Origin: Eledone cirrhosa
Taxonomy: Eukaryota
Assembly (NCBI GenBank): GCA_964016885.1
Contig: OZ024741.1
Coordinates: forward strand, 129,332,001 to 129,396,000
Direction of reading: 5' to 3'
Length of the DNA: 64,000 nucleotides
The notes under the pieces were generated by a model. It saw nothing but the letters and a program-made list of their open reading frames with translations, ran no database searches and was not told the origin of the DNA. A program made the position numbers and the translations under genes. Below are positions 62,716-64,000 of this stretch, in pieces; the first letter of the stretch is position 1; each line of letters begins with the position of its first letter.

Positions 62716-63778
62716 TTAATATAAATTAATATATGATAAACACCTAAGTGTTTGTATTGTAAAAGACAAAATTTAGCTAGAATGAAACAAACTAATTCAA
62801 ATTAATATAGCCTGCCTGTATCGATTTAAAAAATAATAAATCTATATACACAAACTTATATTGGCAAATAGCCGTGGTACCTAGACAAATTTAAATTTCA
62901 AAATTCAAACTTTTTCCGCAGATCAATCTGAACTTCCAAATCCTGTTTCGCAAACGATGGTATAAGAGCGAAATATTTAATTTTCTGTGCTTATCAATAG
63001 GTACCCAGAAAAATTAAGTTACTTCACCTCGAAAAAATTCTGAAGGTCTGGTTTACGAGCACAAACGCACGAGGTTTTGCGCTCGGTTCTTCCAGCTCAC
63101 TAGCCTCTCATACTCATGGCGCTAGAAATAACAGCCGTTTATATGGGATTAAAGATTAGCTTTTCTTTGAGCTAATTAATTGTAAATGACTCTTTGAGTG
63201 TATACTCTAAATATAATATATTACTGCTCCCTCGGTTGAGCTAATCTTTAATCCCATATAAACGGCTGTTATTTCTAGCGCCATGAGTATGAGAGGCTAG
63301 TGAGCTGGAAGAACCGAGTGCAAAACCTCGTGCGTTTGTGCTCGTAAACCAGACCTTCAGAATTTTTTCGAGGTGAAGTAACTTAATTTTTCTGGGTACC
63401 TATTGATAAGCACAGAAAATTAATTATTTCGCTCTTATACCATCGTTTGCGAAACAGGATTTGGATTTTGAAGTTCAGATTGATTTGCGGAAAAGGTTTG
63501 AATTTTGAAATTTAAATTTGTCTAGCTACTACGACTATTTGCCAATATAAGTTTGTGTATATTGATTTATTATTTTTTAAATCGATACAGGCAGGCTATA
63601 TTAATTTGAATTAGTTTGTTTCATTCTAGCTAAATTTTGTCTTTTACAATACAAACACTTAGGTGTTTATCATATATTAATTTATATTAACTTATATTAC
63701 ACGGCTCGGAAATGCTTCTTTCTTTGAGCTAATTAATTGTAAATGACTCTTTGAGTGTATACTCTAAATATAATATAT
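62709..63778. mobile_element. ~1.07-kb non-coding palindromic element: ~455-bp inverted arms plus a 60-bp direct repeat (Penelope-like architecture)
   Basis: 62709-63161 is the reverse complement of 63239-63697. 63162-63221 equals 63719-63778. Flanked by (TA)n. Confidence 0.88.
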
Positions 63779-64000
63779 ATATATATAAATATATACAAGT
63801 AGAAGCTTAGTAAAATCGAAGCTTTGACTGTGGCCAAGCTAACGACCTTCAATTAGGAATGAGCTGCAAAGCACTCAATAAGGTCGGGCCTTAGAGTAAT
63901 AACATACGTTTAGATAGCTTGACAAATTGAAAATTGCGGCAGGCAGACCTAGCCACACAATACCAAAAAGAACGAAAAAACTAATCAGATACACGCACAT

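Noticed and set aside
62709-63778. DIRS-type ITR/ICR interpretation of the palindrome
   Set aside because: The internal copy of the right extension is direct, not complementary as in a DIRS ICR, and there is no recombinase or RT coding remnant.

Overview
Eukaryotic, AT- and microsatellite-rich genomic DNA. The repeat complement looks molluscan/octopus-like, which is an inference. The + strand carries the 3' part (about 18 exons, ~1,137 codons, 474-55302) of a large coiled-coil centrosomal scaffold gene of the pericentrin/AKAP9 (Plp) family, identified by its PACT domain at 20710-22393. All exons were assembled by hand with GT-AG sites and matching phases. The introns contain a ~25 kb nearly G-free satellite with a 200-N gap, several minisatellites (two derived from the same SINE segment), SINEs, two RTE-LINE fragments, a decayed DD37D (maT) transposase, mariner- and piggyBac-type MITEs, a Helitron-like 3' end and a minimal hammerhead motif. 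The most unusual observations are a fold-back element family present in two copies with a shared breakpoint and a structurally conserved tail, tandem repeats abutting 6 of 7 consecutive splice acceptors, and a candidate 21-nt one-heptad microexon. The very long ORFs in the ORF track are repeat artefacts.
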